This document shows, in pieces, positions 32,479 through 41,157 of a DNA stretch of 64,000 bases; the first letter of the stretch is position 1, and each line of letters starts with the position of its first letter. The position numbers were made by a program, and so were the translations under genes. The stretch lies in NCBI GenBank assembly GCA_965215005.1, contig CBDCCZ010000004.1:64001-128000 (forward strand), written 5' to 3'. The notes below the pieces were generated by a model, which saw only the letters and a program-made list of their open reading frames with translations, was not told the DNA's origin and searched no databases. The stretch is from Kofleriaceae bacterium. Its GTDB lineage: Bacteria; Myxococcota_A; Polyangia; Haliangiales; Haliangiaceae.

Positions 32479-33488
32479 CGCGAGCAAACCCCGATCTCAC
32501 CGGTGCGCAAAAAGCGGCGATGGTGATCCTCGCGCTCGATGAGGAGGTCGCCTCTGCGGTGCTCAAGAACCTCGATGAGGGCGAGCTGCGGCTACTGGCG
32601 AAAGCCGTCGAAAAGCTTGATCCGGTGCCTTACGAGTCGCTCAATCCCACTCTCGAAGAGTTCGAGCACAAGCTGCGCTTGCCGTCGCTGGCGCGCGGAG
32701 GTCAGCGCTACATTCACAAGCTGGCGGCCAGCGCCATCGGCAAAGAGCGCGCAGATTTGCTGTTCGCGTCGCCCAAACCAAAGATCCTCAGCGCGCTCGA
32801 GCGGCTCAAGACCGCCAAAGCGGGCACGCTGGCTGAGCTGCTCAGCGATGAGCATCCGCAAGTGGCCGCGGTCATCATCTCGCAGCTGCCTGCGGAGCAG
32901 GCCGCGAAGGTGCTACTCGCGATGGAGGAAGATCGCCAAACCGATCTCATCGGGCGCATGGTCAGTCTCGAAGAGATTCCCGCTGAGGCGCTCGAGGTTG
33001 CGTCGGAAACGCTGCTGCGCGCGCTTCGCGATGCCGGTGGAGTCGACGCTGGCGGCGGTCGTGAGTTCGACGGCGTGGCGTTCACCGCGGCGCTCTTTAA
33101 CGAATTGCCCAAAGAAGAGGCCGACCGGCTGCTCGAAGACATCGAAGACTCTGATCCAGAGGTGGCGCCTAAGATTCGCGAGGCGATGTTCACCTTCGAA
33201 GACCTCGGCGGAATGGACACCAGGTCGCTACAGACGCTCATGCGCGAGGTCTCGAGCGATCAGCTGCTCATCGCGCTCAAGACCGCGGGCGAGGTGATGC
33301 GCGAGAAGTTCTTTGGCGCGATTTCTCAGCGAGCGGCGGCAACCATGCGCGAGGATCTCGAGTTGATGCCGCCCAAGCGGCTCTCGGAGGTAGAGGCGGC
33401 GCAGCGCGAGATCGTCGAGATCGCGATGCGGCTCGCGGGCGAGGGCCAGGTCGTGCTTCCCGGTGGCTCGGGCGAGGAGATGGTGTGA
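32475..33488 (+). CDS. fliG: Flagellar motor switch protein FliG
   Basis: LTGAQKAA, EHPQ, MFTFEDL, SQRAA, VEAAQREIV. Confidence 0.96.
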   Translation: MTRANPDLTGAQKAAMVILALDEEVASAVLKNLDEGELRLLAKAVEKLDPVPYESLNPTLEEFEHKLRLPSLARGGQRYIHKLAASAIGKERADLLFASPKPKILSALERLKTAKAGTLAELLSDEHPQVAAVIISQLPAEQAAKVLLAMEEDRQTDLIGRMVSLEEIPAEALEVASETLLRALRDAGGVDAGGGREFDGVAFTAALFNELPKEEADRLLEDIEDSDPEVAPKIREAMFTFEDLGGMDTRSLQTLMREVSSDQLLIALKTAGEVMREKFFGAISQRAAATMREDLELMPPKRLSEVEAAQREIVEIAMRLAGEGQVVLPGGSGEEMV

Positions 33489-34159
33489 AGATCGAGTCGC
33501 TGTTCGAACGGCTCTCGGCTGCGGCGACCGAGCAGCGGCCGCGAGCGCTACACGAGACGGTGTCGGCATTGCTGCCGGCGCAGAGCGAACCACTGCGGCC
33601 GCTGTTCACCCTTCCAGTGGTGGGGCCGAGCGAGGCTGACCTCGAGGCGCTCGAAGGACAACGCTTGGCGCTGGAGGCCCGACGCGGTGAAATCGAGCGC
33701 GCGCACCTCGAGGCAGTGGAGAGCGAGCAGCAAGCGCTGCGCGCGAAGTACGCGGCGGCCATCGAATCACTCGAGCAGGCCGCCGCGGGGATGCATCGAC
33801 TGCTCGCTGAGGAGGTGGTGGACCTGGCGTTGGAAGTGACGCGGGCGCTTCTCGGCAAGGAGCTCAGCGCCGATCGCGGCCTGGTGACGGAGGCGGTGGA
33901 GAAGGCGCTCGATGCGGTGTCGCCGGGTGAAATGTGTGTGGTCAAGCTGCATCCTGCTGATCACGCCTATGTCGCGGAGCATCGCCCCGAGCTCAGCGGC
34001 GCTGAGGTTCGCCTCGTCGCTGATGGAGCGATGGAAGTTGGCGGCTTCGTGCTCGAGTCGGCCAAGCGTTCCGTGGACGCGACCGCGTCCAAACGGATCG
34101 CGGCGGTGCGCGAGGCGCTCGTTGCAATGGTGAGCGATGAGCAAAAGGAGCCGGTTTGA
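33485..34159 (+). CDS. fliH: Flagellar export protein FliH
   Basis: Between fliG and fliI; VKLHPAD, GGFVLES..SVDAT. Confidence 0.88.
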   Translation: MKIESLFERLSAAATEQRPRALHETVSALLPAQSEPLRPLFTLPVVGPSEADLEALEGQRLALEARRGEIERAHLEAVESEQQALRAKYAAAIESLEQAAAGMHRLLAEEVVDLALEVTRALLGKELSADRGLVTEAVEKALDAVSPGEMCVVKLHPADHAYVAEHRPELSGAEVRLVADGAMEVGGFVLESAKRSVDATASKRIAAVREALVAMVSDEQKEPV

Positions 34160-35469
34160 TGGCGCGTGAGCGACGTCGGCAGCGTGTCGAGGATCTCGTC
34201 GCTACGGTTGGCGCGCCGGTCGTGACAGGGCGCGTCGAGCGAGTGGTTGGGTTGGTAGTGGAAGCGTTCGTCCCCGATGCTCGTCTCGGCGACATGATCG
34301 AGGTGCGCGGCACCGGGGGCGTGGCGCCGTGCGAGGTGGTGGGATTTCGCGATCAAGTGGCTCTGGCGATTCCGCTCGGACCGCTGGCTGGCGTGGCACC
34401 GGGCGCGCCTGCTCGAGCGCGGCCTGGAGCCGCCGAGGTCGCGGTAGGACCGGCTCTGCTCGGCCGCGTGGTGGATGCATTCGCGCGTCCCATTGATGGT
34501 TTGGGACCGCTGCACGCCGCCGATCGCGTGCCGGTGGATCCACCGGCGCCGCCGATTTGTGAACGCGGCCAAGTGGCTGACAAGTTTGCAACCGGGGTGC
34601 GGGTGATCGATGGCCTGCTCACCTGCGGCCGCGGCCAGCGCGTTGGCATCTTTGCCGGTGCGGGCGTGGGCAAGAGCGTGTTGACCGAGCAAATCGCGAC
34701 CCAGAGCTTTGCCGACGTGGTGGTCGTGGGGTTGGTCGGCGAACGTGGGCGCGAGGTGCGTGAGCTGATGCGTTCATCGCGGCGCGACACCATGGTCATG
34801 GTCGCGGCGACCTCGGATCGGTCGCCGATGGAGCGAGCCCGCGGTGCGCGCACCGCCACTGCCGTTGCCGAGTACTTTCGCGATCGCGGCAAGAGCGTGC
34901 TGCTGGTGATCGATTCGCTCACCCGCTACGCCATGGCGATGCGCGAGATCGGTTTGGCAGTCGGCGAGCCGCCAGCGACCAAAGGATATCCGCCAAGCGT
35001 GTTTGCAGCGCTGCCTCGGCTTCTCGAGCGGGTTTGCCCGATGAATCACGGAGGCTCGATTACTGGCTTCTATACGGTGCTCGTCGAGGGCGATGATTTG
35101 TCCGACCCGGTGGCGGACTCGGCGCGCTCGCTACTAGACGCGCACATCGTGCTGTCTCGGGCGCTGGCTGGGCGCGGTCAATTTCCCGCGGTCGACGTGC
35201 TCAGCAGCGCTTCGCGCGTGGCTCGGCAGGTGAGCGAGCCCGCGGCTATCGAGCTGATGCAGCGGGCGCGTGCGGTGCTCGATCAGCGCGGCGCCGTGCT
35301 CGAGCTGCAGAGTCTTGGTGCGTATCAAGCCGGCACCAATAAAGCGCACGATGAAGCGTTGGCGGTTGGGGCGCGGCTGGATGCGTGGGCGCGGCAGTCG
35401 CCGCATGAGCGTGTGGAGTATGGCGCAACGGTGAAGGCGCTGGGCGAAGCCTTGGGCGGTGCGCGATGA
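34159..35469 (+). CDS. fliI: Flagellar export ATPase FliI
   Basis: GQRVGIFAGAGVGKS, GERGREV, DSLTRYAMA, GEPPATKGYPPSVF. Confidence 0.96.
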   Translation: MARERRRQRVEDLVATVGAPVVTGRVERVVGLVVEAFVPDARLGDMIEVRGTGGVAPCEVVGFRDQVALAIPLGPLAGVAPGAPARARPGAAEVAVGPALLGRVVDAFARPIDGLGPLHAADRVPVDPPAPPICERGQVADKFATGVRVIDGLLTCGRGQRVGIFAGAGVGKSVLTEQIATQSFADVVVVGLVGERGREVRELMRSSRRDTMVMVAATSDRSPMERARGARTATAVAEYFRDRGKSVLLVIDSLTRYAMAMREIGLAVGEPPATKGYPPSVFAALPRLLERVCPMNHGGSITGFYTVLVEGDDLSDPVADSARSLLDAHIVLSRALAGRGQFPAVDVLSSASRVARQVSEPAAIELMQRARAVLDQRGAVLELQSLGAYQAGTNKAHDEALAVGARLDAWARQSPHERVEYGATVKALGEALGGAR

Positions 35470-35903
35470 AGCTCGGCACGTTGCAACGGTTGCAGCGGGC
35501 GCGCAAGCAGCTACGAGATGTGGCAGCGGCGCGCGCGGGACAAGCGGCGGTGGTGGTGAGTGAGGCGCGGGCCGCACGCACCGATGCCGAGGAAGCGCTG
35601 CGGCAAGCGCATCGTGCGGCCGAAGGGCAGCTGCTCGCGGCCAATGGCGTGCTGGCTCTGGAGCGCGTGGCAATGGATTTGGGCAGCGCGAAGGTGGTCG
35701 TTCGTCGAGCCGAGGAGCAGGCAGCGCATGCGGCGGCAGCGGAGCGGGCGCGGCGCAAAGAGCTGCAGCGGGCGGAGCGATCGCTACGGCAGTCAGATGA
35801 GCTGTGTGAGCGCGAGAAGCAGGCGCAGAGCCAGCGGGTGGCCAAGCATGAGCAGCGTGTCGCCGATGACTTGGCGGCGACGCGGTTTCGGAGGTTTGAA
35901 TGA
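35466..35903 (+). CDS. fliJ: FliJ-like coiled-coil export chaperone
   Basis: 145-aa helical ORF coupled to fliI; ends EQRVADDLA. Confidence 0.7.
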   Translation: MKLGTLQRLQRARKQLRDVAAARAGQAAVVVSEARAARTDAEEALRQAHRAAEGQLLAANGVLALERVAMDLGSAKVVVRRAEEQAAHAAAAERARRKELQRAERSLRQSDELCEREKQAQSQRVAKHEQRVADDLAATRFRRFE

Positions 35904-37741
35904 GCGATATGATTGGTGGCTTTCCTGGGAACGGCGGCGCAGTGGAGCGAACGCGGAGCGCTGAGCTCGGCGAGACCTCGTCGCTTGGGCGGGCGGCGTT
36001 TGCGCGGGCGCTGGCGGTCGAAGGGCAGCGGCAGGAAGAGCAGCAGCCCGAGGGACAGCGGCAGGAGGGGCAGCAGGTGGCGGCCGCGGAGTGGCAAAGC
36101 CCGCTGGACGAGAGCGGGTGGCCGCGGTCGCAGGCGATGGCGCCGTCGGAGGCGGAGAAAGGCGCGAAAAAGCCGTTGCCGGGCCGCTCCACGCAGGATA
36201 GTGGCGTTGCGCTGTTCGCGGCTCTCGCTGCAGCCGCACAAGCGGCAGCGGCGGGCGCGACGCAAGCGGCGAGCACGACGCAAGCGGCGAGCGCGACGGC
36301 CGAAGCTGGCGAATCCGCCACGGCAGGAGGCGCGCCGATCGCAGCGGAAGCTGCGCAAGGAGCAAGTATCGAGGCACTGGCGGCTGCGCCGAGCGAAGCG
36401 GCTCGGTCGCAAGGAACAATGGTGGCTGCGCCGAGCGAAGCGGCTCGGTCGCAAGGAGCGATGGCGGCAGCGCCGAGCGAAGCGGCTCGGTCGCAAGGAA
36501 CAATGGTGGCTGCGCCGAGCGAAGCGGCTCGGTCGCAAGGAACAATGGTGGCTGCGCCGAGCGAAGCGGCTCAGGCGCAAGTGAAGATGGCGGCAGCGCC
36601 GAGCGAAGCATCGAAGGCACAAGGAGCAATGGCGGCAGCGCCGAGCGAAGCGGCTCAGGCGCAAGTGAAGATGGCGGCAGCGCCGAGCGAAGCATCTAAA
36701 GTGCAACGCGAGGCCTCCGCTCCTTCGGGTGAGGTCGTTAACGCGGAGCTCGAGGCCGCTACGGAGCAGGCGGTTGAGCGCTCCCAGCTGCAAACGATGG
36801 AGCGTCGCGCAGACACGCCTGCGCCTATCGGAGTACGCGCCGAACAGGTAGCCAGTGCAGCGCCGGCGGCAGTCGAGAATGCTACGGGCGACGCAGCAGC
36901 GCGTACCTCAGCGAAGGCCGCGCCGCTGGCACCACAGGATGCTCGCCGCGCTTCGAGCCACTCCGCGCCAGCGACTGCTGCCGCTCAGCAGCGCGCAGAG
37001 GAGTTGCCGGGTGCGCCGTCGAGCGTCAGCGGTGGCTCGCCAGCGGGCGACGCGGAGCAACCCCTACTCCAGAGCGAATCAGACCAAGCTCAAACGTTGC
37101 AGGCGGAGGCGCTCGTGGCCGAGGCGACGGAGCAGCCGCGGATCATCGCGTCCACTGGCCCATCCGCTACCGGACTCAGTGGCCAAGCGAGCACGGCATT
37201 CAGTGGCGCCGAAGCGGCTCCTGCGCGTTCGCTCACCTCCGCATTGGCCGACACCGGGGAGGCTTCCCAGCTCGAGTCGCCATTGGTGGCAGCGGACGAC
37301 GGTGAGCTCGAGCAATTGCGGCACGGCAGTATCAATGGCTCGTCGGCGCGCATCGTGGTCGGTGAAGGAGATGACCGCGTCGCGGTGACGGTGCGCGTTC
37401 GCGGCGACGGCGTCACCGTCGATGCGCAGCTCGCCGACGCCGATGCCGCCACCGGGCTCCGACATCATGCGCGAGAACTGGCGGCCGCGCTCGAGCGTCA
37501 CGGCCTGAGCCTGGCGCAGTTTCGCGCCGAGGGTGATGGCGCCGGACCCGGCAGCGCTGAGCGCACCGGCAATAGCGCCGACGCCCATACCGGCACTGCC
37601 CATCGCGGCGATGGGCGTGGCGACGATTCCCGCGGGCGAGGCGCGCAGCAGCGCAGCGGCGGGCAATTCTTCAAAGACAGCGAGACCGGCGCGATCGAGC
37701 GCTCGGCCGCCAACCCGCGCGGTGTGCGCGTAATTGCGTGA
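35900..37741 (+). CDS. fliK: Flagellar hook-length control protein FliK
   Basis: Ala/Pro/Ser low-complexity body; C-terminal T3S4-like domain (VAVTVRVRGDGVTV...ELAAALERHGL); before flgD. Confidence 0.8.
   Translation: MSDMIGGFPGNGGAVERTRSAELGETSSLGRAAFARALAVEGQRQEEQQPEGQRQEGQQVAAAEWQSPLDESGWPRSQAMAPSEAEKGAKKPLPGRSTQDSGVALFAALAAAAQAAAAGATQAASTTQAASATAEAGESATAGGAPIAAEAAQGASIEALAAAPSEAARSQGTMVAAPSEAARSQGAMAAAPSEAARSQGTMVAAPSEAARSQGTMVAAPSEAAQAQVKMAAAPSEASKAQGAMAAAPSEAAQAQVKMAAAPSEASKVQREASAPSGEVVNAELEAATEQAVERSQLQTMERRADTPAPIGVRAEQVASAAPAAVENATGDAAARTSAKAAPLAPQDARRASSHSAPATAAAQQRAEELPGAPSSVSGGSPAGDAEQPLLQSESDQAQTLQAEALVAEATEQPRIIASTGPSATGLSGQASTAFSGAEAAPARSLTSALADTGEASQLESPLVAADDGELEQLRHGSINGSSARIVVGEGDDRVAVTVRVRGDGVTVDAQLADADAATGLRHHARELAAALERHGLSLAQFRAEGDGAGPGSAERTGNSADAHTGTAHRGDGRGDDSRGRGAQQRSGGQFFKDSETGAIERSAANPRGVRVIA
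36383..36712. repeat. In-frame 42-bp tandem repeat x8 (14 aa, AAPSEAARSQGTMV-like) in fliK
   Basis: Units at 36383, 36425, 36467, 36509, 36551, 36593, 36635, 36677. Confidence 0.95.
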
Positions 37742-37753
37742 AAGGAGCAGGCG

Positions 37754-38407
37754 ATGCGAATCGAGGGAATCACGGATATTGGCGGGGCGGCGCAAGCCGG
37801 AAAAAAAGAGGTGACGCCGGCGAGTGAGTTTCTCACGTTGCTGGTTGCCCAGCTCGAGCAGCAAAACCCACTCGACCCGCAGAGTGGGGCCGAATTCGTC
37901 GCTCAGCTCGCGCAGTTCTCGGCGGTCGAGCAGGGCGCCGAAACCAATCGGCTGCTCGGCGAGCTGCAGCTCGCGCAGGCGGCTAGCAGCCATACCGCGT
38001 TGGCCTCGTTCGTCGGCAAAGAGGCGAGCGTTAGCGCCGAAGGCTTCGAGTTGCGCAAAGCAGGCGGCGGTGTTCCGCCGCTGTCGGTCGAGCTGCCGGG
38101 CCCCGCGGCCGAGGTCTCGGTCAACGTGTTGGATGCGGCGGGTAACGTCGTTCGCAGTATTGAGCTCGGGCCGCAGGCGGGGCCCACGCTCGAGGTTCCT
38201 TGGGATGGCACCAACGCGCAGGGGATGCCGCTCGACGATGGCATGTATCGAGTCGAGGTTATCGCTCGAGATGCCGATGACCAAACCATGGACGCCCGCG
38301 CGCTGATGCGCGGCGTCATCGACGGAATTGATTTCTCGGCTGGCGGCGCGCGGCTGCGCATCGGCGGGGCTGCGTTTGCGCCCGGCGACGTGTCGTCCAT
38401 CGGCTAA
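37754..38407 (+). CDS. flgD: Flagellar hook capping protein FlgD
   Basis: FLTLLVAQLEQQNPLDP, QLAQFS, WDG. Confidence 0.96.
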   Translation: MRIEGITDIGGAAQAGKKEVTPASEFLTLLVAQLEQQNPLDPQSGAEFVAQLAQFSAVEQGAETNRLLGELQLAQAASSHTALASFVGKEASVSAEGFELRKAGGGVPPLSVELPGPAAEVSVNVLDAAGNVVRSIELGPQAGPTLEVPWDGTNAQGMPLDDGMYRVEVIARDADDQTMDARALMRGVIDGIDFSAGGARLRIGGAAFAPGDVSSIG

Positions 38408-38429
38408 CCAAAGAGCAAGGAGAGAGAAC

Positions 38430-39713
38430 ATGCCTATCTGGACCAATCTGTACTCGGGAACCAGCGGCCTCGCCGCTCACGGCGATGCCATCAGCGTCGT
38501 CGGCGACAACATCGCCAACGTCTCGACCACCGGCTACCATGCATCGCGCGCGGGCTTCGAAGACGTGCTCGGTGGTCAAATCAACGGCAATCGACTCGGC
38601 GCCGGCACCCGCATGAGCCGCATCGACACCTCGTTTACGCAGGGCTCGCTGCAGTCGACGGGCGGCGTCTTGGACATGGCGATTCGCGGCTCGGGATTCT
38701 TCGTGGTTCGCGGCAACCACAACGGGATCGATGGCCAGTTTTTCAGCCGCGATGGGCGATTTCAGCTCGATGCCGAGGGCAGCTTGGTCAACGGCCAGGG
38801 CCTGAAGGTGCAGGGGTATCTAATCGATCCATCGGGCCGACAAAACACCTCGCCGGCGGATCTCAACCTCGGTGCAGGTCAGAGCCCACCGCTGCCCACC
38901 AGCGACATCACCATGGCGATCAATCTCGATGCCAACGCCACGCCACCGGCTGCATGGGATCCGGCCAATCCAGGCGATACTTCCAACTTCGCCACCTCCG
39001 CCACCGTGTACGACTCGGTCGGCGCGCCGCACCGCGTGGAGGTGTTCTTTCGCACTAGCGGCGCTGGTGCGTGGGAGTGGCACGCGATGGCGGATGGTGG
39101 CGAGCTCAACGGCGGAACGCCGGGAACTGCCACGGAGATCGCTAGCGGCACCCTTGGCTACACCACCGACGGCGCGCTCGACACCGAGGTCACCGCGGCC
39201 AGCTCCGCCGATTTCCTCAATGCAACGCCCGGCCAAGTCCTCAACTTCGACTTCGGTGACTCGATCACCACCGATGGTGGCACCGGGCTCGCCGGCAGCA
39301 CGCAATTTTCTGGTGACTCGACGGTGACTGCCGTCGAGCAAAATGGCTATGGGTTCGGCTCGCTGGTCGACGTTCAGGTCGCCGACGATGGCACCATCAC
39401 CGGCGTCTTTTCCAACGGTCAGCGCCGCCCGATGGCGCGATTGGCGCTGGCGACGTTTGCGAGCGAAGCGGGTCTGGAGCGCGCAGGAAGCTCGCTCTAT
39501 TCGGAAACCCGCGACTCGGGACAACCGATCGTGGATGCCGCCAGCGAAGGCGGTCGCGGCTCCATCAGCGCAGGCAATCTCGAAGCCTCCAACGTCGATC
39601 TCTCCACCGAGCTCGTCACACTCATCGCCTATCAGCGCGCCTTCCAAGCCAATGTGCGCACCGTGACCACCGCCGACGAGATGCTCAACGAGGTCGCCAA
39701 CCTCAAGCGATAA
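38430..39713 (+). CDS. flgE: Flagellar hook protein FlgE
   Basis: GDNIANVSTTGY, FSRDGRF, LEASNVDLSTE, QRAFQAN. Confidence 0.96.
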   Translation: MPIWTNLYSGTSGLAAHGDAISVVGDNIANVSTTGYHASRAGFEDVLGGQINGNRLGAGTRMSRIDTSFTQGSLQSTGGVLDMAIRGSGFFVVRGNHNGIDGQFFSRDGRFQLDAEGSLVNGQGLKVQGYLIDPSGRQNTSPADLNLGAGQSPPLPTSDITMAINLDANATPPAAWDPANPGDTSNFATSATVYDSVGAPHRVEVFFRTSGAGAWEWHAMADGGELNGGTPGTATEIASGTLGYTTDGALDTEVTAASSADFLNATPGQVLNFDFGDSITTDGGTGLAGSTQFSGDSTVTAVEQNGYGFGSLVDVQVADDGTITGVFSNGQRRPMARLALATFASEAGLERAGSSLYSETRDSGQPIVDAASEGGRGSISAGNLEASNVDLSTELVTLIAYQRAFQANVRTVTTADEMLNEVANLKR

Positions 39714-39757
39714 GCTCGTAGGAGCCGTTTTGACGGCTGTCGGCCAATCTGGCGCGG

Positions 39758-39774
39758 CGTCAATGACGCCAACG
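39758..39774 (+). promoter_or_regulatory. Putative sigma54 enhancer (UAS) of the fliM operon
   Basis: CGTCAATGACGCCAACG, starting 69 bp before the -24 GG; overlaps palindrome GGCGTCA-A-TGACGCC. Confidence 0.55.
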
Positions 39775-39825
39775 CCGCGCCCCCCTTCCTCTCGTTAACC
39801 GCACGTAATCCCGCAGCTCGAGCCC

Positions 39826-39841
39826 TGGTCTGTCCGTTGCA
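39826..39841 (+). promoter_or_regulatory. sigma54 promoter of the fliM operon
   Basis: TGGT-CTGTCCG-TTGCA (GG-N10-GC). Confidence 0.65.
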
Positions 39842-39853
39842 CTAACGGCTTCC

Positions 39854-40834
39854 ATGGCCGAGACGCCACTTGATCCCCAAGAGCTGGAAGCCATCCAGCA
39901 AGCGATTCGCGAGGCCAGTGTCTCGCCGTCGCGGCCAAGCTCTGCGTCTCTCGAAGATGTCACGCCGCTCGCGCTGATCGCCGATGACCGCGCCGCCGAG
40001 CTCGCTCGCCCCGCTGGCCTGCGCATCGGCGAGCGTTGGGCCAATGCAGCGGCGCGCAAGCTCCGGCATCAGGTCCACACCGACCTCGACATCTCTGTGG
40101 TCAACTCGGAGACGGTCGAAGGCGGCGCGGCGCGCGATGAGCTCGCGACGATGTTTTGTTGCACCGTCGAAGCCACCGATCGCGGCGGACGCGCACTGGT
40201 GGCGCTCGGCGGGCCGATGATCGAGTCACTCGCGGCGCGGTTGTGCGGCGCGACGCGCGACGAAGAAGCCAGCGATGACGACGACGAGGACCGCGCGCCA
40301 TCGGCGACGGCTCTGTCGCTGTTTCGGCCAACAGGGGAGAGCTTGGTGGCGGCGTTGGCGACGAGCTGGTCAGAGCTGCAGAACTGCGTCGTCAAAGTCG
40401 ATGTCGATCAGGCGCGAGTGGCGCAGTCGCGGCAGGCGCTCCTCGAGTCGGACCTGCTCGTTGCGGTGACGCTGTCGGTGAGCGGTGGCCTGCGCGGGCG
40501 TATGCGGCTGTTTGCCCAGCCCAAGACGCTCGTGCCGCCAGCGGCACCCATCGAGGCGATTCCGGCGGCGCCAGGTGCGATCGATGATGCTCTGGGCGGA
40601 GTGCCTGTCGAGCTCTCGGTCGAGCTCGGGCGCGCGCGCATCAGCATCCGCGATCTCTCGGCGTTGCAAAAAGGAGCGGTTCTTCCGCTCAGCCAGTTCA
40701 TCGACGACCCGCTGCCGATCACGGTCGGCGGAGTCATTAAGGCCTATGGGCGACCGGTGGTGTATCGCGGCGTGATCGCGGTGGAGGTGGTCTCGGCACC
40801 TTCCCGTGGCAACGCCAAAAGGAGCGCAGCGTGA
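39854..40834 (+). CDS. fliM: Flagellar motor switch protein FliM (divergent)
   Basis: C-terminal SpoA domain (VPVELSVELG), size, position before fliN. Confidence 0.82.
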   Translation: MAETPLDPQELEAIQQAIREASVSPSRPSSASLEDVTPLALIADDRAAELARPAGLRIGERWANAAARKLRHQVHTDLDISVVNSETVEGGAARDELATMFCCTVEATDRGGRALVALGGPMIESLAARLCGATRDEEASDDDDEDRAPSATALSLFRPTGESLVAALATSWSELQNCVVKVDVDQARVAQSRQALLESDLLVAVTLSVSGGLRGRMRLFAQPKTLVPPAAPIEAIPAAPGAIDDALGGVPVELSVELGRARISIRDLSALQKGAVLPLSQFIDDPLPITVGGVIKAYGRPVVYRGVIAVEVVSAPSRGNAKRSAA

Positions 40835-41157
40835 GCGACAAAAAACACGACGATGAAAGCGACGACGGCATGGACTCGTTTGCCGATGCGCTGCCGCGGG
40901 CCTCGTTTCAGGAGCTCCTGCACGATGTCCCGCTCGAGATCTCGGTGGAGCTCGGGCGCGCGAGTCTGAACCTGCGCGACCTTGCGTCGCGACTCGGGCC
41001 GGGCTCGGTCATCCCGCTCAACAAGATGGCGGGCGATAAGCTCGAGGTGCGCGTCAACAAGCGCCTCATCGCCCGTGCCGAAGCGGTTGCAGTGGGCGAG
41101 AGGTGCGGCGTGCGCATCGTGGAGATCGTCTCCAGCGGCGAGGCCGATCAGTCATGA
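40831..41157 (+). CDS. fliN: Flagellar motor switch protein FliN
   Basis: DVPLEISVELGR, GSVIPL, GVRIVEI. Confidence 0.93.
   Translation: MSDKKHDDESDDGMDSFADALPRASFQELLHDVPLEISVELGRASLNLRDLASRLGPGSVIPLNKMAGDKLEVRVNKRLIARAEAVAVGERCGVRIVEIVSSGEADQS

Noticed and set aside
36383..36712. Tandem arrays here and at 14648-14927 as CRISPR
   Set aside because: Contiguous in-frame coding repeats with no unique spacers and no cas genes
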